A DNA stretch of 63,386 nt, filler included, from Octopus bimaculoides (GCF_001194135.2; 5 parts of 4 records of this genome joined end to end with filler, not necessarily neighbours in it); one strand, 5' to 3'. Counted from the whole stretch's first letter, positions 1 to 12,894 are shown. Notes: generated by a model from the letters alone, not told the origin. A program made the numbers and translations.

Positions 1-1032
1 AGATATGTCTCACTCCTATCCCACTACTCAACAATACGACTTAGTATTATTCAAGAAGGTAACAAAATGGAAACAACATTTTTCTATTAGAGGGCATTCC
101 TATAAAATGGAAGTTGTTTGATAAGCCAAAATCTGTATTTTCTATGAATGTGCATATTTTAATCATAGATTGCAAGAAAAAAAAAACACAAATGATAAAA
201 GCAAGATTGGAAATTTCCCCCATCCCACCCTTTCTGAAATTTTTCATGTTTGACTTTTTGGAAAGTTTTCTTCAGATTTACATTTCACACATTTAAGATA
301 ATGCTGTTTGAAAATTTAAAAAATTCAAAATTTGAATTTTAAAAATTTGTTTGCTCCTTTTCCCCATTTCTGTAACCTTTCCATTTTTAACATTTGAAAA
401 AAATATCTTTCCTTAAACACCAAAGATATATTTTCCCATATTCAATAATTTGGTGATGTTTTTAATTTTCACTTTTGTAAAATTTTGTTTTCCTCCATAT
501 AATTTTTAAATTTTTTTACTTATTTGCTTTTCTTATACTTCAAAATTTCAAAATGATTTTTTTTAATTGAAAGAAGTCAGAAACAAAAAGTTAAACATAT
601 TTTCAAAGAATCAAAATTTCAGATGTTAAAAGCATAGACCTGAAAAAAATTTTGAATTACATCAAACTGATAAATTACAGAAAGGGGTGGGCAGCAAAGA
701 AGTCTCCTCTCCAGCTATGAATATCAAAAAGATATTGTCTTACTATCTAAATTATGTGTGACAGTATTTCTAGTGTTTTGTTTTTTGAGTAACTAATTAA
801 ATTTTTTATATATTTAAATAATTTTAGAAAGTGTGTCTGTATCTTAGACTGTTAAAGAAAAAAAAACCCATCCAGCTAATTCACATAAAGTTGCTCCAAT
901 ATATTTCAAGTTTTTTTTGCCTTATCTTGTTACTCTGCCTTTTCAACATCTACTATAGTAGCCTCTACTCTGTGTCACTGTGTCACCTCTATTCAGCCTG
1001 CCAACCCTCTCTTTTCCTCTTATTACTTATAT

Positions 1033-1542
1033 CAGGGGTTGCCAAACTTTTTCGACCATTGACCCCCTTTAGCCACTTCTCCTTCTGCATCGACCCACTT
1101 TAGGCACTTCTCCTTCCGCATCAACCACCCTCCTCATTTAAAATATCTTGATACCCTACCATACGATATCATAAATTCATACCGGGTACTGATGAAGGCA
1201 ATTAAAATCTATGACAAATTAAGAAGTTCTATTGAAGATGACACACTTTTTAAAATTAAAATTATGTGTACGAGTCCACAGTATTAAACTTTCAATTGTT
1301 ATGAAATTGTATTCACGGTTAGAAAATGTGAAAAGCACATCATATTGTTGGAATATCTTTTATTGAAATTGACAACATCAATGTGAGGGATGAGCATGGC
1401 ACTAAGTATTTTAGGCAGTTCACCTGGCTGAGCTGGTCTTTTGCATGCCAACCCCTATTTGACCCCTTGGTTATATCATCGACCCCCTGTAATTCCTCGT
1501 CAACCACTAGGGGGTCCCTTGGATCCCTTTTGGCAACTCCTG
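1033..1542. mobile_element. hAT-like non-autonomous DNA transposon (MITE)
   Basis: TIRs CAGGGGTTGCCAAA (1033) and TTTGGCAACTCCTG (ending 1542). Degenerate 8-bp flanks ACTTATAT / ACCTCCAT. Confidence 0.7.
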
Positions 1543-2483
1543 ACCTCCATTGTGTCCCCAACTTCCACTCTTTCATGACCACAACTACCCCATTGAAATT
1601 CTTTCCAAGTAGGCTCTACCTGGAGTTAGTCAAGAACATCAGCAGTCTTGACCTCAATTCATGCTGTATTTGTTGAAATGTGCTCTTGTTGAAAGTCATA
1701 TTACACCTATACACTCTCACATTCAACCCATTATTTGGGCCATTAATAAGTGCAATATTTAGCATGAATTATTTGTGAATTATTTGCAGTTATTTGGTAT
1801 AATAATTGCCTTTTCACACACATATGAAAGTATTGTACAATTTTGGGGAAATCTTGATTCAGTAACCTTCAGGGAATCTTACTTTTGTAAGTTGAAAAAA
1901 CAAGAACTTCATAACTGAAATTCGAAACCACTTATATTTCGAAAGCTTGGAGCAATCTCTTCATTCATATTACCTTAATCTTGACCAATACCATTCTACC
2001 TCTTTTTGTTTGGATCACACAGCAGGTTCCTTTCTGGTAACATTTAAGTTAGGAAGTTTCGGTTCGGCTCAGGCATTAAGCTTGATTAACAAATAATGAA
2101 ATGATAGTAGTTCTTTGGAAGAAAAAGTAATTTACTGACCAATCAGTGCAAGTATGTTTGAAAAGTTGTCTTAAATGCTGACAGCTTTTCACACATACCA
2201 ACAGTTTCCAATGTATGTAGAAAATATAATTTTATTGATTTTTTTTTTAAGGCAATAAAAAAAAAACCCATAAAAATAGCCCCATGTTAACTTGGTTATG
2301 GAGCTCCAGCTTTGGATGCCCAACCATTGACAAGAAAGAAAAAAGAGCTTTGTTTTTTAATGGCTCAATCACAAAAGAAGGAGCAGTACCCATAACCTTT
2401 TCCAGGGTCTCTTTGACTAGTAGCGAAAGGCTATCTTCAAATAAGAGGCCTAACTCAAAAGCTTGCAAGAATGAATTTTGCTA

Positions 2484-2639
<156 letters not shown>

Positions 2640-2802
2640 TTAAGACTGTGAGAACATTTCAATTGAAATTTTCAGCTAAAATAAATATAATTCTGATTGC
2701 TTTCTATTTTTTACAATTTAATCTGAGTAGGAACAAATTTTAGACCTTTCTAAAGGAAAATAAAGTAAGTTGATAAAAGTCTAAATTATTTTCTCAGAAT
2801 TA

Positions 2803-4880
2803 CATGGGAGAAAGAGAGTCTGCCAAATGTTGACCCAGTTGAGGGACCAGCTATCCAAATTAACAGTACCTTGGTAGATACAGCAATTAAAGATATGAAG
2901 ACAGGGAAAGCCCCTGACCCATCAGGAATCACCGCTCAGATGCTTAAAATATCTGGCAGTGTAGGCCATGGTCACGAAGGAGTTATACCCAATGACTAGT
3001 GTAGCAGCCCTAAAGTCAAATGTCACCAAAGGTAAAGGTGACATTTTAGATAGAAATAATTGGGTCAGGTGATGAAAGTCATGGAGAGGGTCATAGCCCA
3101 ACTAATTAGAGAGAGTTTGTTTAAATGAGGTGTCAGGGAGAAACACCACTGATGCTATATTTCTGGTAAGACAGCTGCAGGAGAAATACCTAGCCAAAGA
3201 TAAACCTTTGTACTTGGCCTTTGTTGACAGGATCCCCCAATCCCTTATCTGGTGGTCAGTATGGAAACTAGGGAGAGATGAATGGTTGGTGAGAGCTGCA
3301 CAAGCCATGTACAGGGATGCTGTCAGTAAGGTAAGGATTGGCAATGAGAATAGCAAAGAATTCATGGTACAAGTAGGGGTTCCTCAAGGATCAGTCCTCA
3401 GCCCCCTCTTGTTCATCATAGTCCTCAAGGTGATATCAGACGAATTCAAAACAGGTTGCCTTTGGGAGCTCCTCTATGCTGATGACCTTGCTCTTATAGC
3501 TGAATCACTACCAGAACTAGAAAAGCTTCAGGTGTGGAAGCAAGGTCTAGAATTGAACGGCCTTAGAGTTAACCTAGCAAAAACCAAAGTCTTAGTAAGT
3601 AGGAAGGCAGACAAATCACAAATCCCTTCTGGTAGGTGGCCCTGCTCTGTCTGTAGAAAAGGTGTAGGTAGAAGCTCTGTAAGATGTACCTGGTGTAAGC
3701 TATGGACACATAAGAGGTGCAGCAATATCAGAGGAAGGTTAACAGGGAAGATAGTTTTTGTGTGTGGAAGATGCACAAGTACAATAAGCACCAAAAATGT
3801 ACAGAAATAGATTCCATCACATGACAGGAGATAAAAACTAGTAGTTGTTGACAGCTTCTGTTACCTAGGTGACCAAGTCAGTAGCTGGGGTGGATGCTCT
3901 GAGAGCATAGCTGCTAGAATAAGAATAGGCTGGGCAAAGTTCAGAGAGCTGCTACCTCTGTTGGTAACAAAGGGCCTCTTGTTCAGAGTGAAAGGCAGGC
4001 TGTATGATGCCTGTGTGTGAACAGCCATACAACATGGCAGTGAAACATGGATTGTGACTGCTGAGGACATGCATAGGCTTGTAAGAAATGAAGCTAGTCT
4101 CCTTTGCTGGATGTGTAATGTCAGTGTACATGCACAACAATGTAAGCATCCTGAGAGAAAAGTTGGACATAAGAAGCAAGAGAGACGACTGTGCTGGTAT
4201 GGTCATGTGATGCATATGGATGAGGACAGCTGTATGAAGTGTTGCACTCTAATGGTGGAGGGAGCCTGTGGTAGAGTTAGACCCAGGAAGACATGAGATG
4301 AGGTGGTGAAGCACGATCTTTGAATGCCTGGTTTCACAGAGGTAATGACAAGGGACTGAGACTTATGGAGATATGCCATACTTAAGAAGACCCATCAAGC
4401 CAAGTGAGATCAGTCATGGCTGATGCCAGTGTTGCATAATTGGCTCATTAAAAGCACCGTTTAATCATTAGGCGATATGCTGTGCTTGTGAAGGCTTGTT
4501 GAATCAACTGAAATTGTAGTCATGGTCAGTGCCAGTGCCATCTGAATGGCATCTGTGCAAGTGGCATGTAAAAAGCACCATTTGAGTATTGGGCCTCATG
4601 GAGGCAGTGACAGGTGACCAAGACCTTTGGTGATGTACCGTGCTTATGTAGAACTGTCCTGCAAAGTGAGACCGTAGTTGTGGCCAATGCTAATGTCAGG
4701 TCAGTGGCATGTAAAAAACACCCACTACACTCTCAGAGTGGTAGACATTAGGAAGGGCATCCAGCCATAGAAACCTTGTCAAATCTGATTGGAACCTGGT
4801 GCAGCACCCTGGCTTACCAGTTTTCAGTCAAACCATCCAATCCATGCCAGCATAGAAAGCAGACATTACATGATGTTGTG
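2803..4880 (+). mobile_element. 5'-truncated RTE-clade LINE: decayed RT, PHD-like finger, long 3'UTR
   Basis: ORF 3130-3810 has TTDAIF, GVPQGSVLSPLLF, LLYADDL and GLRVNLAKTK, followed by FCYLGD and RRLCWYGHVMHM in shifted frames. The 3' end (4720-4880) matches the minus-strand copy at 7087-7400. Confidence 0.93.
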
Positions 4881-5049
4881 AACATTTCATCTCTTTAGTT
4901 TAGAGTTGCTTTCAGTATCTTAGAGGAGAACATAATTAGGATACATTGTGCAATGTACTGCTGTGTATCTCATGCCCTGATACAAGCACAATATATTGCT
5001 GTATGTTGATGTATACTGCAGTGTATTGCTGTATATTCTTTTCTACTCT

Positions 5050-5700
5050 AGGCACAAGGCCCGAACTTTTGGGGGAGAGGCCAGTCAATTAGATCGACCT
5101 CAGTATGCAACTGGTACTTAATTTATCGCCACCGAAAGGATGACAGGCAAAGTCGACCTGGGTGGCATTTGAACTCAGAATATAAAAACAGATTAAGTAC
5201 CGCTAAGCATTTCACCTGGCATGCGAACGTTTCTTATTTCTTTATTGCCCACAAGGAGCTAAACATAGAGGGGACAAACAAGGACAGACAAAGGGATTAA
5301 GTCACTTACATCGACCCCAGTGCGTAACTGGTACTTAATTTATCGACCCCGAAAGGATGAAAGGCAAAGTCGACCTCGGCTGAATTTGAACTCCTAATGT
5401 AATGGCAGACGAAATACCGCTAAGCATTTTGCCCGGCATGCTAANNNNNNNNNNCATGCGAACGTTTCTTATTTCTTTATTGCCCACAAGGAGCTAAACA
5501 TAGAGGGGACAAACAAGGACAGACAAAGGGATTAAGTCACTTACATCGACCCCAGTGCGTAACTGGTACTTAATTTATCGACCCCGAAAGGATGAAAGGC
5601 AAAGTCGACCTCGGCTGAATTTGAACTCCTAATGTAATGGCAGACGAAATACCGCTAAGCATTTTGCCCGGCATGCTAATGTTTCTGCCAGCTCACCACC
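5050..5700 (-). mobile_element. Tandem/nested tRNA-derived SINEs of the abundant family with core GTCGACTTTGCCTTTCATCCTTTCGGGGTCGATAAATTAAGTACCAG (Meta-domain-like)
   Basis: The same motif recurs at more than 10 places in the window. On the minus strand there is an A-box-like TGGCAGAA and a B-box GTTCAAATTC. One 225-bp stretch is duplicated across an N gap (probable artefact). Confidence 0.85.
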
Positions 5701-7086
5701 TTGTATTGCTGTATATTGCATTGTATTGCTCTGTAATGTCATATTCTGTTTTTCATTTCAACAGATTGTGAACCAAACCAATGTACAGAGGGAAGTTGTC
5801 TGTAAGTCACTGTTTCTCTTAACCTTATACTTTTGTTTTAATGTTATTTGTTTTTATTATTGCTAAACAGTCCCTGGTCAGTATTGTCTGAGTACACTTA
5901 TAACACTAAAATAGTTGAGAAAATATTTTAGAGAATTCCCATGGTCAGTACCTCAATTACACAGATGTATCTCCAGCATGTTGCCTTAGGTTGATTCTTT
6001 GTGTGACGAGTAATGAACAGTAGACAAATTTTCATTGCTGTTGGTATGCTGCTCTAAGATTAAAATACTTAAATCATGTAATCTGTAGTTTAAAAATGCT
6101 ATTGATGGTGATTATGTTGTTGCATAGAGCAAGGTCAGACATGTAGAAATTCTTTATGAGCTTATGGTGACAACTCAAAAGTGCATCATGCCATTCATTT
6201 TTTGAATTATGTTGTTTAATAATGAAATATTTTCTAAGTGCCAAAGTTTTTCATTATCACACTGTCTCTCTCTTTTAACATATCCAGTATTAGATCTATA
6301 TTACTTGAAATAGAAGTATTTCTGAGAATGGTGAGGGTAGTTTTACTTGAATAGTTTTCTTATCTTGTATCATTATTTTGTATTTTCACTTTTACTGATT
6401 CATGCTACAAACACTTTAAATACAAAGTTGATATTAGAACCTACAGTTTACGCTACGATGTTGCTGTATGATACTGTAATATAACTATATAATTTTTTTA
6501 TAAGAGTCTATTTTTCATCTGCTTTCCACCCTGGGATGAGTTAGATATGCTGTCAGATTTAGAATAAGATCCTGCTTTTAAAGAAAGAGAAGAGGACAAT
6601 GTATTCTCATGCATTTCACTTTCCTTGATTTCTATGAATTCCTTTTCATTTACTGGGCAATGATCTGAAATGTGCATATCAAATACATTCAAAATATTAC
6701 TAGCTTTGACTTTATTAAATGTGTGTGTGCATATATATATTTCTAAAAAATGGTTAAGAGGGATATATAATCCTAACAGATACTGTGTTCATTCTTATCA
6801 GTTATCAATGCTGGCTAACAACAGTGAATGTGGATAAAATTCAGTTAGTTAAAATTTACTATACTCGGTTAATTGATACTTGGTAAATGTCCTTGTAAAG
6901 ACTGCATTGTGTCCGTAGAGAAAAATAATGAAAATGATAAAGATCAAGAGAACAGAAGTTAGCTTCATATCCAAGTTTTATTTCAGAGTTAATTACATCT
7001 TTCTTTCTCAAGACTTCTGCACACTTCCGCTGCAAGCTGACGAAAACTGTTAAATGTGCATGTTGGTGATGATTATCAGTCAAGCT

Positions 7087-7400
7087 TCATGATGATGATG
7101 ATGATCATCATCATCGTTTAACGTCCGCTTTCCATGCTAGCATGGGTTGGACAATTTGACTGAGGACTGGTGAAACTGGATGGCAACATCAGGCTCCAAT
7201 CTAATTTGGCAGAGTTTCTACAGCTGGATGCCCTTCCTAACGCCAACCACTCAGAGAGTGTAGTGGGTGCTTTTACGTGTCACCCGCACGAAAACGGCCA
7301 CGCTCGAAATGGTGTCTTTTATGTGCCACCCGCACAAGAGCCAGTCCAGGGGCATTGGCAACGATCTCGCTCGAAAACCCTACAAGGTCAGTCAGGCGGT
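7087..7400 (-). mobile_element. 3' end fragment of the same RTE LINE family with (GAT)n tail
   Basis: Reverse complement aligns by eye with 4720-4870. (CAT/GAT)n tail at about 7089-7113. Runs into a gap. Confidence 0.85.
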
Positions 7401-7500
7401 NNNNNNNNNNNNNNNNNNNNNNNNNNNNNNNNNNNNNNNNNNNNTTAATTAATTAANNNNNNNNNNNNNNNNNNNNNNNNNNNNNNNNNNNNNNNNNNNN
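7401..7500. other. Artificial gap spacer N44-TTAATTAATTAA-N44 (also 35159-35258, 40920-41019, 54602-54701)
   Basis: The identical 100-nt construct occurs four times. The 12-mer gives stop codons in all six frames. Confidence 0.95.
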
Positions 7501-7580
<80 letters not shown>

Positions 7581-8162
7581 ATGTATGTAAGTATATATGT
7601 ATATGCATGTATGTATATAGATATGTATGTATATGTATATATATTATAATAATTATTTACATAATTATCTAAATAATTATTATAATTATTATAATATTAG
7701 TAAAATTTACCTGTATGGTTTTTATTTCCGCGCTGACCCCTTGGTAAAATCATTCATGTGTGTATGTATAAAGATATAAATATGTGTGTCTGTGTGTGTG
7801 TGTATACACATGTATACATACATATCTATACATATATCTGTAGGTATACCTATATATGTATGTATCTATAATATATGTGCGTGTTTATGTGTGCAGGGGT
7901 ATATATGCATGTACGCGTGTTGGACTGTGTGCATGCATAACTGCGCGTGCATGTATGTGTATGTGTGCATGTGTGTGTGCGTATGTGGATGCGTGCGAGC
8001 ATGTGTGTCTGCTTGTGAGTGTGTTTGTGTGTGTGTGTTTGTGTGTGTGCGTGTGTGTGTGTGTGTGTCTGCGTATAGTTTCATATTTAGACGGGCACAC
8101 ACACACACACACACACACACACGTATATATGTACATACACACATCTACATGCATATTTATAC

Positions 8163-8221
<59 letters not shown>

Positions 8222-8236
8222 GTGCTATCGTGTGCA

Positions 8237-8410
8237 TCAGTCATCAACTGGAAAGAAGTATCTATCCTCCTCGCTTGCCAAAGGGTCTTTGTCGAAATAG
8301 TTAAATGGCATCAAGAGAAAAGAGACTTTTGTTCCCAAAGTGTTCGTGCTTGGAATATTTTCCAGTTGAGGAATATGTTGAAACCCAAGAGTTATCCAGG
8401 CCACTAAATC
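8237..8410 (-). CDS. AOC1-like: Terminal coding exon of a copper-containing amine oxidase (AOC1/AOC3 family)
   Basis: Strong acceptor CTGTTTTTTTTTCTATTCTTATTGCAG, then phase-0 DLVAWITLGFQHIPQLENIPSTNTLGTKVSFLLMPFNYFDKDPLASEEDRYFFPVDD*. Matches the family motif DLVAWVTVGFLHIP..EDIPNT.T.G..VGFLLRPFNFF.EDP, including the Cu-ligand His. The intron position just before DLVAW is the one I recall for mammalian AOC genes. Confidence 0.9.
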   Translation of the reverse strand, partial: DLVAWITLGFQHIPQLENIPSTNTLGTKVSFLLMPFNYFDKDPLASEEDRYFFPVDD

Positions 8411-8702
8411 CTGCAATAAGAATAGAAAAAAAAACAGACAATATTATAATTATATTCTCGTTATACGATAAACGTGAAATATTAAGCATATTACTGTTTT
8501 CTTACAGAATCTAGGTTTATAGATCATATATTTTTTATCAGAAAGAGACGCAAAAGTGTGCTGTTTCTTACGCATCGGTAATTCATCAATATATTTTAAG
8601 GCCACAAATAAAGAAAGTCGATGAAATTTGTAGGCTTGTTGGTTATGGTCTAGATCAGCGTGAATAGATTAGAAAATATAAAACAAAGATGGTCTCTAAA
8701 CG

Positions 8703-8878
8703 GTATGCAGTATGGCCAAATGATTAAAATGTTAGCTTCGCGATCATCAAGTCTCAGTTCCGATACCGATATATCGCTTCTTGGGCATATATCGTTTTCT
8801 TTTCTATAGCCCCGAGTAGACCCATACTTTATACGTGAAATTGGATAGACGGAAACTGTGTAGAAGCCCGTCGGTTGG
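8703..8878 (+). mobile_element. Decayed tRNA-derived CORE-like SINE
   Basis: 3' part TAGCCCCGAG...GGATAGACGGAAACTGTGTAGAAGCCCGTCG is shared with copies at 18785, 44866 and 59925. Confidence 0.7.
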
Positions 8879-9469
8879 ATTGAAACCTTTAATTCAAAGA
8901 TTCAGCCTTGTAACGCTGATGCTGTTTGAGAGTCATACGTTTATATTTGGTACAAGTGACGTAAGTAAATTAAAACAACTTTTCTTACTCAGTTTTCTAT
9001 TTCTTCAGCAACACTTAATAAATATGAAAGGATTCTGAAATCAACATAATTCTGCTGACTCTTGATTAAACTGATAATTTAGAGAAATATTTTTACTGTT
9101 CTGTCTATAAAATGCAGCGTTGCAAATATGTGGGCAACCTTTATGTTTCTAGAAATGTAAACAGAGACGTTAAAAAACGCTATCTTGCAGTGAATTAAAA
9201 TTCATTCTATTTCTTGTTTTGTTTTGTTTTTTTGTTTTGTTTTTTTCTGGTTGACCCATGTACTTGAAATCTTTGGAAATAAAATGAATTTTAAAAAAAA
9301 CATATTGATTTAAAAAATACTAAAATTGGAATTTTTAAGAATTTTCTAGATAGTGTAACTTTATAGTTGCTTTCTTTTATTAAATGTTGCATACTTATTA
9401 ATAAATAGCTTTATTCATTATAGTATAGACGGTAGACTTATTTGTGAAATATTCAGCCACTTACACACT

Positions 9470-9599
9470 AATTCAATGAGCTGGTAGCTTACTTGATCGA
9501 TTGAACATCAACTCATTGATGGAAATTCTGACGAAGGTCCATATATACTTTTTTATCGACCACGAAAAAATGAAAGCAAAATTGACCTCGACAGGATTT
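9470..9599 (-). mobile_element. SINE fragment (Meta-like family)
   Basis: ATCGACCACGAAAAAATGAAAGCAAAATTGACCTCGACAGGATTT matches the family core. Confidence 0.7.
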
Positions 9600-10309
9600 N
9601 NNNNNNNNNNNNNNNNNNNNNNNNNNNNNNNNNNNNNNNNNNNNNNNNNNNNNNNNNNNNNNNNNNNNNNNNNNNNNNNNNNNNNNNNNNNNNNNNNNNN
9701 NNNNNNNNNNNNNNNNNNNNNNNNNNNNNNNNNNNNNNNNNNNNNNNNNNNNNNNNNNNNNNNNNNNNNNNNNNNNNNNNNNNNNNNNNNNNNNNNNNNN
9801 NNNNNNNNNNNNNNNNNNNNTATATATATATATATATATATTTGGACTTTGGGTTTATGTCTATTAGTATGCCGATTAAAGTACTTTCACCTTTGGGATG
9901 TCTGATGTCATCTACAGCTACGGTATAATATTCACTGGATTCGTACCAAATCCATTTTACGTTTCCCTCATTAATTATATAAATACGGTCTGCGAAAAGA
10001 TGAGTTAGATGACCGTGGTTTCGAAACCAGAAGTACACCTCATTCGATGGAGCTTTCTCCTTCTCTCCATCTTTGTAACCATCTCATTTTCTCTAAAGTC
10101 TCTTTTTCCTTCTGTTGGTGCCCTTCAATTCCTCTTCCCTCTTATTTTATCTCTGCTTTTTCTTGTTTCTCTCTGGGTTTTCCATTTTTCTCTTTATCTT
10201 CATCTTTCTATTTCCCTCAATTTAATCACTTTCACTTTCTATCTATATCTCTATCCCTATCTTTATAACTCTCTCGTTTCGCTGTATCTCCCCTTTCTTC
10301 TTATACCGT

Positions 10310-10377
<68 letters not shown>

Positions 10378-10644
10378 TCTCTCACTCTCTGAGTTTGAAG
10401 CGAACCGGTCCATGCCTAATATTTATTTTTCTGCGATCCTAGAAGTATAAAAAGCAACGTGTCAACAACCCACTCTCAGATTCGAACGCAGAATCTAGTG
10501 GGGTGAAGCTAAATCTGTCAAGATGATATTTGGCTCCAAATTTACAGTTTCTGCAACACAGAAGCCATCTTTGGCTCTGAAACATAATAAGAGAAGTACA
10601 GCAGGTGAAAGAATGAATCAGCCATTATTTTTCATTGTTCGTTC

Positions 10645-10677
<33 letters not shown>

Positions 10678-11082
10678 AATTGTTGTACCTTTTTGTTCTT
10701 GTTTTTCAGTAGTCGAGACTAATAATAACTTTCTTTTTATGTTTGTCCTTTGCTTTTTTTTTGTGGATCGCGGGTTTCTTTTAGCGTAGTCTATCAAAGT
10801 CGTAGAACTATTGGCTCGTAATTGGAATAAATGTACTTTTAAGCCGGCGTTGATCGAATACAGAACACTATCAGTATTGGGAGCGCTGTATGCATGTGTG
10901 TGTGTGAGAGAGAGAGAGAAAGAGTGTGTGTGTGTGTGCGTGTGTATATATACACATATATACATACTCATAGATATGTATACACATGCACACACACTCA
11001 CAGAAACTCACATACACATACACACGCAGACGCACACACACAGACGCACACACACAAACACACATATATGTATGTATGTGTG

Positions 11083-11114
<32 letters not shown>

Positions 11115-11117
11115 CAA

Positions 11118-11174
<57 letters not shown>

Positions 11175-11306
11175 TATATATATACATATATAGATATATA
11201 CATGGATACACTGCGTTTCAAATTATTAACGACGTAACATCTTATTTTCTTTAAAAACTACTCGTTGGAATTCAATGAAATTTCCACAGAATGATGGCAA
11301 CAGTTA

Positions 11307-12654
11307 TATGCACGTGGTGTTTAAAAAACGTGAAACTTTGCGCAAATGTAAACACATCTCGACCATTTCCATGATTACCACGAACTTTCAGAATTCTAAA
11401 TTATTAACGAGTGGTCTGATATTCGTGCAATCATGAGTTGTAGATGTAACTTAACTGCTTCAGAGAAGTCTGTTAGAAATATTTAGAATAATTAGAAGAT
11501 ATCACCAAAATATGAAAAACATTGTTACATTTCCAATGAAGGTACTAAGAAAGGCGACAAGGATCAGTCGAGGGTTGTTTTTCAATGTTCTCTGTCACAA
11601 ATTAAACGTGAAGTTTTAAAGAACCCAGGTCTTACAAGTGGAGAACTTTTAATACGCATTGGCGAAACAACTGTGTCCATAACTACCCGATGTCGTGTTC
11701 TGAAAAAGGTCGGTAAACCAGTGACATCAGTTAAAAGGCCTCCTTTAAACAAAATACACAAACAAAATTGTCTGAAATGAGCAGAAGATAACATAAAGGT
11801 CGACTTTTCAAGTGTTGCTTACCGATGAAACTCGTACTACCCTTGATGGACCTGACGGTTGGAGCAACGGATGGGTTGTAAATGGACGAGATCATTAACA
11901 ACGCTTGAGACGCCAGTGGGGGCAGGAGGCATTATGGTTTGGGCAGGTATTATTAGAGGTACTATGGTTGATCCTTGGAAAGTGCCTAACGGGATTAAAA
12001 TGACTGTTGGATATTTATATAGCCTTTCTGAGCTAGCATTTTGACCCTTGGTTAAAAATGCAAAGGATCGCCTTCAAGACAACCATAATATTCATGCAAA
12101 ATAATGCCCCCTCGCACTCAGCAAAGAAAACTACAGAATATCTGCCACAATTAGGCTTCTGTGGACCTCGGAGGATGAAATGGCCTGTTTGTTCCCCCTA
12201 GTTAATCCCAATAAAAAACTTGTGGAGTGTTCTAAAGTGACGAGTTTCCGAGAATGGACGCCAATTTAGGAGCAAGGATGAATTGTGGCAGGCAATAGCG
12301 GATGTATTTCATGGTATCATATCAGAGGAGATCCAGAAATTAGCATGCTCCATGGGCTAGTACCTTTTCCAACTTATTTCAAGCAAAGGTACCTATATCT
12401 TTTCCTAACCAGCTCACCTATCACTTTTGAATGCTGTTTATTTGTTTATTTCTATTTCCTCCATCTTTATGACTGCATGTGTTCATTTCAGTGTGTGCAT
12501 CAAACAATTAAATTGATATTTTCTTGTTTACATGAGTTTTAATTACACCTCGATAATAATTTGATACAGTGAAAGTTTTCGTAAATTTGGTGAATGGTCG
12601 TAGTTTCTGTCTTGTTTTATGGAACCTCACATTTTTTACACACCAAGCGCATAT
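11307..12654 (+). mobile_element. Near full-length decayed Tc1-like transposon with DD37E spacing (TRT-like)
   Basis: Imperfect TIRs of about 110 bp (TATATGCACGTGGTGTTTAAAAAACGTGA vs rc TATATGCGCTTGGTGTGTAAAAAATGTGA) in TA context. Transposase remnants TDETRTTLDGPDGW, GGIMVWAGII and FMQ(N)NAPSH...WPVCSP*LIPI(K)NLW, with 37 residues between the second D and E positions. Confidence 0.88.
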
Positions 12655-12757
12655 AATTGTTGCCACCATTTTGTGAAAATTTTGTTGAATTCCAACTAGT
12701 AGTTTTCAACTAAATTTGTTTAAAATGTTACGTAGTTAATAATTTGAAACGCAGTGT

Positions 12758-12823
<66 letters not shown>

Positions 12824-12828
12824 CAATC

Positions 12829-12894
<66 letters not shown>

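Noticed and set aside
1188-1215. CTGATGA hammerhead-like start inside the hAT MITE
   Set aside because: No stem II or GAAA at suitable spacing.
5220-5679. Exact 225-bp direct duplication (5220-5444 and 5455-5679)
   Set aside because: The identical copies flank a 10-N gap. This is most simply an unmerged contig overlap.
7445-7456. TTAATTAATTAA palindrome, four identical occurrences
   Set aside because: Always centred between exactly 44 Ns on each side. It is an assembly spacer with six-frame stops, not biology.
7786-8304. Long ORFs of CVCV/HTHT/IYIY/LSLS type here and throughout, plus ORFs spanning N runs
   Set aside because: Translations of dinucleotide/tetranucleotide microsatellites or gaps.
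8572-8649. 78-nt exon-like segment as the penultimate amine oxidase exon (PTNFIDFL or QAYKFHRLSLFVALKY look-alikes)
   Set aside because: The better-matching frame has an in-frame stop. The open frame is phase 1/1 and cannot join the phase-0 DLVAW exon.
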